A stretch of 64,000 nucleotides of DNA from Octopus sinensis (Eukaryota): contig NC_043017.1 of assembly GCF_006345805.1 (NCBI RefSeq), positions 2,666,001 to 2,730,000 on the forward strand, in the 5' to 3' direction. The notes beneath the pieces are model-generated. The model did no database searches and had not been told where the DNA came from. It saw only the letters and a program-made list of their open reading frames with translations. Made by a program: the position numbers and the translations under genes. This document shows, piece by piece, positions 48,692 through 62,100 of this stretch. Position 1 is the stretch's first letter. Every line of letters starts with the position of its first letter.

Positions 48692-50614
48692 CACTGCAGA
48701 AGTACCATGCACCTGCTCAACTTGGACACTTAAAAAGATGGAATGGTCATGGCTAGAATGCCTTTGATCAAAGTTTTTGAGCCAATGTTGACACCTCTAT
48801 GTTATTACTTGACATGCATATAAGAGTACCAACCAAATCTTTTTAAACCATAGAGCTCTGCTGTTAAAAGAAAACACATTTGGATAATGTAGTCCTAGAT
48901 GCACCATGGTTATAGTTTTGGTCTGTCAAGGTCATCCTGGTACTAAATATATACTCCTTGTATAGGAGTTCCAGAGTATCATCACAGAGTGAGATATAAG
49001 TCTTATTTCTGCTTTTCTTCGTCTTTATTTCTGAGTGGTTTTAGTCAAGAGCATTGGGCTGTCAGCACTTTGCAGGCTCTCTCCAAGACCTAACCATTTC
49101 CATTTCATTTATGCTACACACCATTATCAAAATGCATGAATGTCACAGTCTTATCACCATCATCTCTAAAGGTATGTCCTTATACCTTAACCCTTTAGTG
49201 TTTGAACCGGCTGTGTCCGGCCCAAATATTCTACACATTTTATGCTCAAACTGGTCAGAACTAGCATCTCACACCTACCCTGCAATGTCATTAATTGCAT
49301 AAATTTTTTTAAATGTGAATAAATGATTCAGAAATACTAAATTTCTAAATCTCTCGTAGAGACATGTACGGTGGTGGGGCGATAGAACAGCAGTGGTGTA
49401 CCCCCTACTGTCACGTTCGTGTTAGATTGACAGTATACAACCATTCGAATAAATGATTATTTTTGCCAAATTAATATGAATGCTAAAGGGTTGATTAAGA
49501 ATCAAAGAAATATATAAGATAAATACATTAATCTCACTAAATACTGCTCCAAGTTCTCTCCATTCTTCATTCCAAAATGGCATCGCTTAGATGATCCTGC
49601 AAGGATTTAACCATGTTAGTATCAAACACCTAATCTATGTCAGACTACGAATTCTTCAAACTGTCAACAGCGCAGTTCTTTAAGCTGTAAATAGATGGTA
49701 GGTATCACAGGATGGGAAAAAGCCTTTTATGCTATGGTGACAGCAATGGCATTTTTCTTGTTGTTCTTAGCTTGCAGTGCTGATTCGAACTCCTGCTCAG
49801 GATGTTGGTCATCTTTCTGCTAAATGACATTCCCAAGGAAAAACACAACAGCAACAGATTAGTTTTAACAATCACAGGTAAAGTATATATATATATACTC
49901 AATCAAGTTTTACATAAGGTTTCTAAACATTTTTTTTTCTCGCCGCCACTCATTTCATAAAAATATATCTTTGTTTGTTTCCTTGTAGCAGTTCTCTAAG
50001 TAGTAGGGTTGGGGGTTTCGACTCAGTTTCCCTTGGTGGAGGGAGGGAAGATTAACAGTTTTCAAGTTGTTCTTTCCATGACCAGAATTGAACCTAACAC
50101 TGCAAGCCAATGAAATACTGATCCAATCCAACCATGTGTGTGTGTGTAATGCTTGCATACATATGTAGTAATGCTTTATGTATGTGAAGGCACATGAGGT
50201 AGCAAGTTCAATTCCCAGTCCAGGTTGTGTTGTGTTCTTGAGCAAAACATGTTATTTCATGTAACTCCAGTTCACTCGGTGCCAAGCTGTATCGGCCATT
50301 GTCTTTCTTTTGGATAACATCAGAAACATGGAGAGGCGGTGGCTAGTATGCATGGACAACTGTTGGTCTTCCATAAACAACATTGCTCAAACTTATGCCT
50401 CGGAGGGGAAGTTTCTTTAGGTACATCTCAAAGGGGGTCTTTACCCTAATTTTTTTGTTTTTTTTTGTTTTGGTTGGTACTCTTATATGCATGTCAAGTA
50501 ATAACATAGAGGTGTCGACATTGGCTCAAAAACTTTGATCAAAGGCATTCTAGCCATGGCCATTCCATCTTTTTAAGTGTCTAAGTTGAGCAGGTACACG
50601 GTACTTCCACAGTG
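48692..50614. repeat. 146-bp inverted duplication (arms 48692-48837 and 50469-50614)
   Basis: Arms are reverse complements with 7 mismatches by manual comparison, all transitions; spacer about 1.6 kb. Confidence 0.9.
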
Positions 50615-52791
50615 TTCGTGTCAAGAGAAAAGCACCCAGTACACTCTGCAAAGTGGTTGCCATTAGGAAGGGCATCTAGCTGTTTGAGCAGAAGATGAAC
50701 TTCAACAATTTCAGGGATGGATTTTTGTTGCCCCTCTTTTGTCTTGCTTGGTACATGGTAACCCTCTTGATGTTGGTGCCACATAAAAAGCATCAATGAT
50801 GAAATCATTAAAAAGCACCTGGTACACTCTGTAAAGTGGTTGCCATATGGAAGGGCATCCAGCTGTAGAAACCATGCCAAAAGAGATGATGGAGCCTGTT
50901 ATGACTCCTGGCCTTAGAAGCTCCAGTCAAGCAGTCCAAGCCATGTCAGCATGGAAAATGGATGCTAAATGATGACGATGACGATGAGGATATTCTACCC
51001 AATTCTCTTTCAGACTTCAGACCATTTCATGTTCAGCATATATTGATCTGCATCGTCTGTTATTGCTTACAAATAGGGATTTAAAAATGGGTAGACGTCA
51101 GCTCAAGAAATGTTTGAACTGAAGATGAGATCATCATCAATCTCACCAGTCTTCAGGGCCTACAACGGGGAAGAGTCCAACCCCTTTGTCTAACTAAACC
51201 TTTAAAAAAAGCGGGAAAAAACCCAATATCCTTGGTTTCCTGGTTACTCTAAAACGGACTCCAGCAAATCTCTTAAGCTCAGTCTGCCTGGCTCTGGCTA
51301 CACTCGAGTTCTGGTGATGGAAAATAGAGACTACACACACCCTTGGATAGTTGTCTGATATTCTATTGATTTATTGATCCAGCTTCCATCCATGTTATTA
51401 GAAAATTTAATCTATTAGGCAAAAAAAAAAAACTTCTTTCAGTAGTTAACTTGCCTCTTCTAAAAACTAATTATTTTTGTTATTTGTTAATTATTTAACA
51501 AAATGAATAGCAAATTTAATATCAGATTTGAGCTTGTTATCCGCAGCTACTTAAACATGTTTAGTAGCAAACCAGCCTAGTGTTCATTTTAAATTAAAAT
51601 CTGAACTAAAATCTCATATGAAAGATATTGTGAGGTTTCATTGACCCAAACCCTGTTGCTTATGTAACACTGTGTAACATGATTTTTGTCCTTGGGTAGC
51701 AACTGTTATTTCCTACTTGCTTACCCTTAGAAGCTATGGAAAATTGCAAATATTTCCTTCGGGCTTTGCTTTTGTTACTTTTATTTAAACCTCCAAAGAA
51801 TCCCTCTTGACACATGACTATGGTGCTCCCCCACTGCTCATGTTCGTGATCAGAGATGCACATATTGTCACCCAGTAAAAGACCTGCTCAGTTGGTTACA
51901 GTCAAGCAAATCTGTGGTATTGAGTAGAATATTTGCTATAACGATATTTCTGCTTCAGCAACACAGCACTGAATCTGTCCGAAATTTAATGGAAAATATA
52001 TCAGTTTCAAAACATTGATGTCCAGGTCACAAAAGCAAAGTTCCAAGGGACCAGTAGTTATTTCCTTTGATTTCCAGACAGAAGCAAATAGAAAATAACT
52101 CTTAGAAAAAAAATTTTGTTACTCAGTGTAATTAAAGTTTCTCTCTGTGGTTACCTAGCCTTCTTAGAAATAGCAACCAAGTTTCCCTCAAATCACAGCC
52201 TATTGTCTTGACCCTTCAGCATTTAAACCAGCCCTATTTCTCCTAAGTATTCTACTAGTTCAAACCAGCCAGATTCAGCCTTCTCCCCTTACTTCCCTAA
52301 AAGACCCTGAATTGGGGGACATTTAACAAAGCAATTCTATCTCCCAGGCGTTAAATATTTCAGAAAATCAAAATACAAAAAAAGAAATGAAATAAAGAAA
52401 AAAGAAACCTTTTATATTTCTTTTTGTTTGTCTTGAATTCTTTCAGTTTATTTCTGTTTTTTAATATTTATTTTAACTGTTTATTTAACCAGAAACTTAA
52501 CAACTAAAGCATGAACCTGGCATTGCCTTTCTCTCTCACCCTTTCTCTTTTCTCCTCTCTCTCTCTCCCTTTCTTTTTTCCATCCTTCCCCTTCTCTCTT
52601 TCTTTCTCTCCTTCCTCCTATTCTCTCTCTCTCTCTCACTTTCTCCTCTCTCTCTCTCTCTCTCTCACTTTCTCCCTTCTCTCTCTCTCTCACTTTCTCC
52701 CTTCTTTCTTTCTCTCTCTCTCTCTCACTTTCTCCCTTCTCTCTCTCTCACTTTCTCCCTTCTCCCTCTCTCTCTCACTTCCTTCTTTCTT

Positions 52792-52859
<68 letters not shown>

Positions 52860-53716
52860 AAACTAGAGACATTAAACGTTTTGTTTGTTCTAAATAGAAT
52901 ACAACCCAACTCCATTCTGTCTTTCTCTCCTCTCCTCTTCTCTTCTCTCCTCCCTCTTCATCAATCTCTCCATCTCTTGCTTCTATACTCCAATCTCTAT
53001 ACCTCCTCCCTCTCATTCTCTTTGACTTTCCTTTTTACTCTCTGCCCCCCCTTTTTATTTCATTCTCTTTTACTCCTTTCATCCTTACCACCCACTTCTC
53101 CTCCTACAATCTTTCCCTCTCTCTTCTTTGCTCTCTTTCTTTCTCTCACTGTGATGCTTTGATATACATATATATATATACATATATATATATATACATA
53201 TATATATATGTATGTATGTATGCATATATATTGTAGATGTTCAAGATTTTGTGTTTTTTGCATGTGTTGTTTCTATTTATGTCATCAGTTCTGCTTTCTT
53301 AACTTTTACAACCAGATAAAGTTAATATTACCTACAGTGTATGTGTGTGTGTCATCATTATCATCGTTTAACGTCCACCTTTTCTGCTGGCATGGGTTGG
53401 ACGGTTTGACTGGAGCTGACCAGGCAGGAGCCAGCACCAGGCTTCTGTGTCTGTTTTGGCATGGTTTTTACGGCTGGATGCCCTTCCTGACACCAACCAC
53501 CCAGCAGTGTGTCAATATAATGTAGGATGAATATAGTAATAATAACAATACTAATAATAATAATAATCCCTGGCTGGAATTTATATCTTAATGCATCATT
53601 TGGTGCATTTCCATATTGTGTTGCAATGCATTAAGTTGTTTATTAATTCCATCCATGGATTTGTTATTAGCATTATTATATATGCATATATACACACATG
53701 TATACACATATGCATA

Positions 53717-53754
<38 letters not shown>

Positions 53755-53910
53755 GATAGTAGATATTTTAACGATAGTAATGATAGACAGATAGTTAGCT
53801 CATGTTCGCTTTATTATCTAAACATTTATAAATTTTTATCCTTAATTAGTTATTTATTAAGGTTAATTCAATTGACTTGAACCAATATAGAGATCGTCGC
53901 CATCATCCGC

Positions 53911-53941
<31 letters not shown>

Positions 53942-54706
53942 CCATCATCATCCCTGGCATCACCACTTGATTCTGTTCTTACTCAAAAACCAACTTAGAT
54001 TCAGAGGTGAAGAGTTTACACAAATTCTCTCCTTATCAAAATTTACCAGACATTTTTCCGTAGAGAAATGCCACTGCAATGAGGTCATGCCCAAAATTCT
54101 TTCTGATAACTTCAACCTCGCTCTAACTAATGCCGTGTCTACCTCCTATGGCCTTCCTTTTCTTATCTGTGTTTCTCTGTCTGTGTGTGTATTTATACTC
54201 TCTGTGTTATGGCTATCGTTTCATATTAACTTGTTAGATTGCTGAAAACTAGGTCTTTTGGATTTCTTTACACCATAGGTGCAGCTTTCATGAAATAACG
54301 TCTGTTCATTTTGTTTCGGTCTTCCTGTGGCTGCAGTTAAGCTTCACTGTGTAAAATTTACATGCACACACCATACACACACACGCCACGCACACACACA
54401 TATGCACACATGCGGATGGATGGATGTAATGTATGGTTTTCCCTCTATGTGTCTGTGTGTGTATGTATATAATGTATTAACTTCCTGAAATTATCCAATT
54501 ATAGGTGCAGACATGGCTGTGTGGTGACAAAATTGTCCCTCAACCACATGGTTCTAGGTTCAGTCCCACAGCATGCCCCCTTGCCAACCAAAGTCTTGTG
54601 AATAAATCCAGTAGGCAAAAACTAAAAGAAAACCACTTGAGGGTTGCTATCAATTACCATTAGGCTTTTGTTTCCTTTCTTTATAAGGATACTCATGTTG
54701 ACAGGC

Positions 54707-55106
54707 ATAGGCGTAGCTGTATGCTAAGATGATTGCTTCCCCATCACATGGTTCCAGGTTCAGTCCCACTGCATGGCACTTGGGCAAGTGTCTTCTTTTA
54801 TAGTCTTGGGCTGACCAAAGCCTTGTGAGCGGATTTTGGTAGATGGAAACTGAAAGAAGCCTATAATATATATATATATATTTGTGTGTTTATGTTCGTC
54901 CCTGCACCATCGTTCGACAACCTGTGTTGGTATGTTTATGTCCCTGTAACTTACCAGTTCAGCAAAAGTTACCTGCAGAATAAGTACTAGACTTACAAAA
55001 GGAATAAGTCCTAGGGTCAGTTTCTTCAACTAGAAGAAAGCCCTTAAAGGCGGTACTCCAGCATGGCCGCAGTCAGATGACTGAAACAAGTAAAAGAATA
55101 AAAGAA
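54707..55106 (+). mobile_element. tRNA-derived SINE, family A, full length
   Basis: Same head, internal (TA)n and tail as 11349-11777; ends in (TAAAAGAA)2. Confidence 0.9.
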
Positions 55107-56204
55107 CGCTCATACGTTCACTCGCAAATTTTGTGTATACCTGTGTGTGTGTGTGTGTGTGTATAGTAGGTATACTGTGTTTTTAAGTTTGTACTATAAG
55201 CTGCCCCCCACTACTCACACACACAATAATAATAATAGTAACAGTTTCAAATTTTGGCACCAGGCCAGTAACTTCTGTGCAGGGCATAAGTGGATTACAT
55301 TGACCCTAGAGCTCAGCTGGTACTTATTTTATCGACCCTGAAAGGATGGAAGCAAAGGTGACTGCAGAGGAATTTGAACTCAGAATGTAAAGATGGAAAA
55401 AAAAATACTGCTAAGCATTTTGTCCGGCATTGCTAATGATTCTGCCATCTTGCAGCTTTAATTAGAATGATTACAACAATAATGATAATGGGGATATTTT
55501 TGGTGACTGTGATGGTGTTGGAGGTGGAGTAATGATGATGATGATGATGATGGAGGTGTTGTTATGAAGTGATGGTGTTGAAGGTGGTGTGGCGATGATG
55601 AAACTGGAGGTGGTGTTGCGGATAGTGACGGCAACGGCGTCGGAGGTGCTAATGATGATAATGGTGACGATGATGATGATGGCTTAAACAAGAGAAACCA
55701 TCACCCAAACATAAACCTTTAATACATAACAAAGCCAAATAAATCCGCAGCTGTTAAAAGCTTGCAGATTGACGCATCTTTCTACCATTTTGAAGAGTGG
55801 TCCATTCCATGTGTGTGTCTGTGTGTCTGCGGTTCTCTAGAACAGTCACTGAAGTCATCTCTTTAGTCCCCTCTCTATTCCTTTCTCATTTATATGATTT
55901 GTATGTGTGCATCTCGGCTTAGTTTCTAAGTATATATATATATATATATATATACACGTGTGTATACATACACACTCATATATACACTATACACACACAC
56001 ACACACACACTCTCATACACACACACATATTTGCAGCACAGTATGTTGTATACCTTTCTCTCTCCCATTTTCATATCCATCTATCCACATATATATATTG
56101 TGTGTGTGTGCGTATAACATAGGCTTGCCACGTTGTTTCTTAACTTACAAACACTTACACACGTGGTAATGTGTGTGAGTAATATACCTACACACACATA
56201 CATA

Positions 56205-56254
<50 letters not shown>

Positions 56255-58150
56255 AATTTTATACATACTTATATATGTATATGTAAATGCATCTGGGTGG
56301 GTCTATGTATGTATGTTAAGTGTATAGTTTCTTGCGTATGTTTGTGTGTATATATGTATGTATGTGTGCATATATAAAAGCACTGCACTATTATCTGGGT
56401 TTAGCGGAGACAGCGACTGACATGAGCGATGCCATTAGCAGAACTGGCACCATTTGCTAATGGAATATTCTTGCAGTGGACTTCTTTCCTTTTATTTTAC
56501 TGGTCATTGTTGACATTGCTGTTGTTGTTAATGATGATGATGATGATGATGATGATGATGGCGATGAGGACGACGATAATGTTGTTGTTGTTGTCGTCAT
56601 TCATTTTTATTTGAACTCTGTTGACAGGTTAATGATATTGTTCCAACCCCTTTCCCTCCGCATCCCTCTCCCCCCTCATTTCTATAATTTCCTTCTTTCC
56701 CTTTTCTCCTGTATGTATGTGTGTGTGTGTGTGTGTGTCACACCATTTTCTCTTTATTCTCTATCCACCCCACCTCTCTCTCTCTCCTTGTTTCACTACG
56801 ATTTCTCTCTTTTCCTTCTCCCACCCTCCCTCTATCGCTTCCTGTCAATCTTTTTCACTCACTCTCTCTCTCTCTCTCTCATCTGTTTCATCTCTCTCCC
56901 AGCTCTGTCACTTTCTCTCTTTCTACTATCTACTTTCACTTTCGCATTTCGCTTCTCACTATATTTTCTCTCTCTCTCTCTCTCTCCCTTTCTCTCCATG
57001 GGTGTGACTGACTGACTGTTTGTGTGTGTGTATCTGTATCTGTGTGAGTGTGTGTGGTGGGGGGGAGACAGAAATTGGTAATTTCCACAAATGGTAGATT
57101 CTCCATAATGTTACTTACTAACAGCCGTTTGTTGCTGTTCTTCTTGTTGTTCTTCTTTTACTGATGATAGATTTAGCTTTTACACTATTTGCTATTTTAG
57201 TTTATCTTCACTAAGTGCACCGCTATTATTGCTTCGTGCTTCCCTAGCACCCAACCCCCCACCCGCATCACGCACCCCCCTCCTAACCTCCCACTCTTCG
57301 CCTCCCCTTCACCATTCCGCCGTTCCACCGTTCCTCTGCCAATACAATCTCTGCTGCATCTCATTAACCAACTTTTGCAGTTATTTGCATCTTTGTATTG
57401 CAGCACCTCACGCTAAAACGACGACAACCTATAAAGCCAGGAAGCGAAGCTATGACGGTTGACGTGAGAAGTGTTAAGCCTTAAGGTCCTAATTTGGGGC
57501 TGGGACACTCGAGCGTAGGCAACCTGTCTTGCCAATCACATATTCATATATGTTAGTAACATAGCTCCATGGATAAGAACTTCTTGTTATGATCTTGTGG
57601 CTTCAGCTTCAATCGCACTGCACAATATTTTGGGATATGTTCTCTTTTAAAATGGCCCCAGGTCAACCAAAGCCCTTGAATAAAATAAAATCCATTGGAG
57701 GGACTCTAACTATTCTTAAATGATAGAGTTAACCTTTTAATCTATTTAACCCCTCACCCTAGTGTTTGGGTACCTTGGTCATAGTACCCTTAGGTGCAAG
57801 AATTCACATCACAGCTTTAGCTTCTTCTTAATGCTACCCTCAGGAACCGGATTAAACCTTAACCTTTTCACATTCAGATTATTCTGTGAAATGTTACGCT
57901 TATTTATGCACCTTGTTTTGGATTAATCGTGCTTTATCACACAGCTTTGAGAAATTCCATGTTGTGACTATTCATTTTTAGAATGATATGTTAAGGCAGC
58001 AGTGAGGGTCTGGATCTGGAAGGTTCAAGCATTGAGACAAGTAGAATATTCAGGCCTGACATGACCAGTTTAATCCTTTAATATTCAAATAATTTTGTCA
58101 AATGTAATATTTATTTATCCACATTGTTTTGAACTAATCGGGCATTATCT

Positions 58151-58455
58151 GAACCACTACGCCATATGCCCGTGAGCATATGGCATAGTGGTTAAGAGCA
58201 TGGGCTACTAACTCTAAGATTCCGAGTTCGATTCCAGGCAGTGACCTGAATAATAATGATAATAATAATAATAAAGATAGCATCAAAAAATACCTTTGGA
58301 ATGAGAACCCAGGTTCGAAATTTCGCCAAGACACCTGACAAAGACTGAAGGGTATATCAGCTGAAATTTTGTGTTAACAACAAACAAGATGCGGACAAAT
58401 ATCTGTCAAATGTAAATAATGTAAATAATTCCTCATCTCTTGAATATAGAACTGT
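58151..58455 (+). mobile_element. Second copy of the tRNA-head + Penelope pLTR element, with TSD
   Basis: A box TGGCATAGTGG (58181) and B box GAGTTCGATTC, then the same downstream sequence as 2357-2520. Decayed hammerhead gacac-CTGACAA-AGACTGA..TCAGCT-GAAAT-ttt-gtgtt (58330-58375). Short inverted 5' duplication at 58152-58193. ATTATCT duplicated at 58144-58150 and 58456-58462 inside a MITE. Confidence 0.75.
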
Positions 58456-58769
58456 ATTATCTTATAGCTTTGAGATTTTTATGAAGTAACTGCTGATTTT
58501 CAGAACGATATTGTAGGGTAGATGTGAAAGGTCAGATCTGGTCTGTTTGAACGTAAAACAGATAGAATATTTTAGCCAGGTATGTCCAGTTTAAATGCTT
58601 TGGCATTCAGGTGTAATGCTTATTTATTCACCTTGCTTTGAATTCACCATGCATCATCTTGTAGCTTTCAGATTTTTATGAGGTTACTGTTAGTTTTTAG
58701 AACGATATTATAGAGTTGTTGCGAGGGAGCATATCTGGCCAGTTATAATAATATAATGGTGATTGATAT

Positions 58770-59130
58770 GAGCGTGATCGTTGCCAGAGCAACAAGCTGG
58801 TCCCCATGCTGGTGGCAGGTGAAAAAACATTCGAGCAAGGTCGTTGCCAGTGCCGCTGGACAGGCTCCTGTGCAGGTGGCATGTAAAAAAACACTATTTG
58901 AGTGTGGCCGTTGCCAGTACTGCCTGACTGGCCCTCATGCCAGTGGCACGTAAAAAGCACCCGCTACACTCTCGGAGTGGTTGGCGTAAGGAAGGGCATC
59001 CAGCTCTAGAAACTCTGCCAGATCAAGATCGGAGCCTGGTGCAGCCATCTGGTTCACCAGTCCTCAGTCAAAATCGTCCAACCCATGCTAGCATGGAAAA
59101 CGGACATTAAATGATGATGATGATGATGAA
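58770..59130 (+). mobile_element. SINE family C (GAT-repeat tail, internal ~50-bp tandem units)
   Basis: GAGTGGTTGGCGT.AGGAAGGGCATCCAGCT...CCAACCCATGCTAGCATGGAAAACGGACATTAAATGATGATG. Copies at about 7985-8300, 15250-15400, 39670-39953, 42995-43078, 50630-50990, 53365-53500 and 60255-60530. Confidence 0.85.
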
Positions 59131-62100
59131 GGCTGGTAGAATATTTTGGCTGGATATGGCTTGTCTAAATGCTAAAGGGTTTAAACAACATGCCCCCTTG
59201 GTCCCTTGGATGTCTTTAGAAAAGTTCTCTGTTTTACAAGTATTCTATCTTTCTCTCTCTCTCTCTATCCCTCTCTCCCTCTTTCTCTCTCGTCATTTTT
59301 CTTTCAAGCAGACATTGATGAGTGTTGTTTAGGACAGAAGCATCAGTATTAATCTCTCCAATTTGGAAGTGTCTGCTGGTTATAGGCACCTCCTCTCATC
59401 TTCTGATTAACTTATTAAACCAAAAAAAGAAAAAAAAGGAAAGCAAAAATCTTCTTAGAGAAGTAATTAAGATTCTAATTATCTCACTTGCATCAGATAA
59501 ATATTGATTGATGCTATTTTCATAAACTTGTTCAGAAGATGCGGGATATGTAGAAAAGTTGTCGTTGCTCTCTGAGTTTGAACATGGCATGGCAGGGGCA
59601 AAGCTGCAAGTCCACCTCAAACCTGCATGGCTTGTCTTTAGTCTAAAATGGTAAAGACCCCTTCGGTTGTGAGTGACCATGACATTGGTCCTAGGAAGCT
59701 CCCCTCCAAAGCACAAGTCCGAGCAAAGTTGTCTATGGAAGACCAGCGGTCACCTTGGCATACCAGCCCCTGCTCTCCATGCCACTGATCTTATCCAAGG
59801 GAAAGGCAAAGGGGCCGATACTGCTTGGCACCAGTGCTGTCACAACTCATTTCTACAGCCGAGTGAACTGGTGCAATGTGAAATGAAGTGTCTTGCTCAA
59901 GAACACAACACACAGCCCATTCCAGGAATTGAACTTGCAACTTCATGATTGGTAGCTTGATGCTCTAACCACTGAGCCATGCCTCTTCACTGTCTTTCAT
60001 CAAAATTCATGATTTACTCAGAGTACATTCCTTTTGGAGAAATTGTCGTTATCTAAATAAGGTCTTAAGCCTTTCATCTTGAAATCTGTGGCTCTGTGCT
60101 GTATTTTAGATCAAATGTTTCCCCAGTCCTTGGTTAATCATAAACAATTGAAAGAGTCTCTTCATAGTTGCTATGTCTGCTAGAAATAGCAAGCAAATTT
60201 GCATCAAATTATAGTCTACTGTCTTAATCTTTTTTATACTAAAAAAAAAGACATTTGAGCGAGGTCATTGCCAGTGCCGCTGGACTGGCTCCTGTGCAGG
60301 TGGCACATAAAAGGCACCATTTGAGCGTGGCCGTTGCCATTACCACCAAACTGGCCCTCGTGTCGGTGGCACGCAAAAGCACCTGCTACACTCTTGGAGT
60401 GGTTGGCATTAAGAAGGGCATCCGGCTGTAGAAACTCTGCCAGATCAGATTGGAGTCTGGTTTGCCAGACCTCGATCAAATCGTCCAGCCCATGCTAGCA
60501 TGGAAAGCGGACATTAAATGATGATGATGTACCTGAAACCACTTCTGGCTCTATGCTTACAATCTTCCAGTTTTAAAATTATCTAAATTCAAACAATCCC
60601 TCAAAATTTCAGGCTGATTTGTGTTGGAGATAACTGCTTAATTATGGTACAGTTATTTTGATAAATTCTTCATTACTTTTGAAAGTTCTTTAACAAATGT
60701 AGTACATTTTGACAGAAATATGGTAACAGGAGGGTTAGAAAACGAAGGACAGATTAGGTGACACAGTTTACTGCTGAAAAGAAAAACAAACTGGGTGATC
60801 AAGGTAGGAATGTCTTTGATTGTGTGGGAGGGAGAAGTACCAACTGACAGAGGCATGTGTTTGACCCAGCCTTTAATATTAAATATTTGGTTTCTGTGAG
60901 TAAAAGAACAGACCAAGAACTGATGGAGTATCCCTACTTTATAGAGTAATTGACGATTTGTTGAGGAATTAACAATTTGTGGGGTTAAGGAAGGGTTTCA
61001 TCTCTAGCAAAGATCAGTCTAAATCCAGGCACAGACATGGGCGTGTGTTAAGAAGCTTTCTTCCCAACCACATGGTCCTGGTTTCAATCCCACTTTACAG
61101 CACCTTGAGCAAGTGTCCTCTATTGAAGCCTTAGGCTGATTAAAGCCCTCTGAATGGATTTGGTTGACGCAAACTGAAATAGAGCCAATCGTGTGTGTGT
61201 CGCTACCACTTGACAACCAGTGTTGGTGTGTTTATGCCCCTGAAACTTAGCAGTTCAGCAACAGAGACAGATCAGTAGAAGTACCAAGAAAAAAAAACGG
61301 AAAATAAGTACTGGAATTGGTTCATTCAACTAAAATTTCTTCAAGGCAGTGCCTCAGTATGGCCACGGACTATTGACTGAATCATGTAAAAGATAAAATA
61401 AGGTAAATTGCTTCACTTAACGAACTACCTTTTTTTTTTACCTTCACATCATTCCTGGTAGTCCCATTTTCTGTGAAAGAATAGGGGTTCGTATGATACT
61501 ACACAGGGATCACAAATTCTTTCCTGTGCAACATGTTGAGATTACAATTTCTAGAATACTCCGGTTATTAGAACACCACCTGCATGTTTATACCTGTTTA
61601 AGCTTCAGGTAAAAGGATTACAGATTAGGATTTAACCCTTTTGAATTCAGATTATTCTGTGATGTTTGTTTGTTTGTTTGTATTGTTTCAAAACTAATCA
61701 TGCCTTAGGTGTAGGAGTGGCTGAGTGGTAAGTAGCTTGCTTACCATCCACATGGTTCTGGGTTCAGTCCCACTGCATGGCACCTTGGGTAAGTGTCTTC
61801 TGCTATAACCTCGGGCTGACCAGAGGATGAAAGGCAAAGTCAACCGCTGCGGAATTTGAACTCAGAACGTAAAGACATCGAAATACCGCTAGGAATTTTA
61901 CCCGGTGTGCTAACGATTTTGCCAGCTCGATGCCTTAATTTACCTGTATTTCTTGTAGATACTACTTCCAGATTGTAGGACATAGGTTAATCACATCCTG
62001 CAACAATTCTTGTTCTTTGTTTTCTATAACAATTCCACTTCCTGTTCTTTAATGCCTCTTTCTTCTGACCTTTTCATCAAGCTCAACATCCATAGCATCC

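Noticed and set aside
48692-50614. CACTA/EnSpm transposon suggested by CACTG...CAGTG ends
   Set aside because: Similarity extends beyond CACTG, there is no TSD, and the interior is unrelated repeats without a transposase.
53877-54245. His-rich 122-aa ORF
   Set aside because: The His run comes from a (CAT)n microsatellite; no domain or convincing splice context.
57404-57484. Possible terminal exon HLTLKRRQPIKPGSEAMTVDVRSVKP*
   Set aside because: An acceptor-like site exists but there is no similarity to LMO4 C-termini; unsupported without transcripts.
58176-58250. tRNA gene candidate (also SINE heads at 9900-9978 and 63327-63390)
   Set aside because: A/B boxes are present but there is no complete cloverleaf, and each continues into a repeat body; these are SINE heads.
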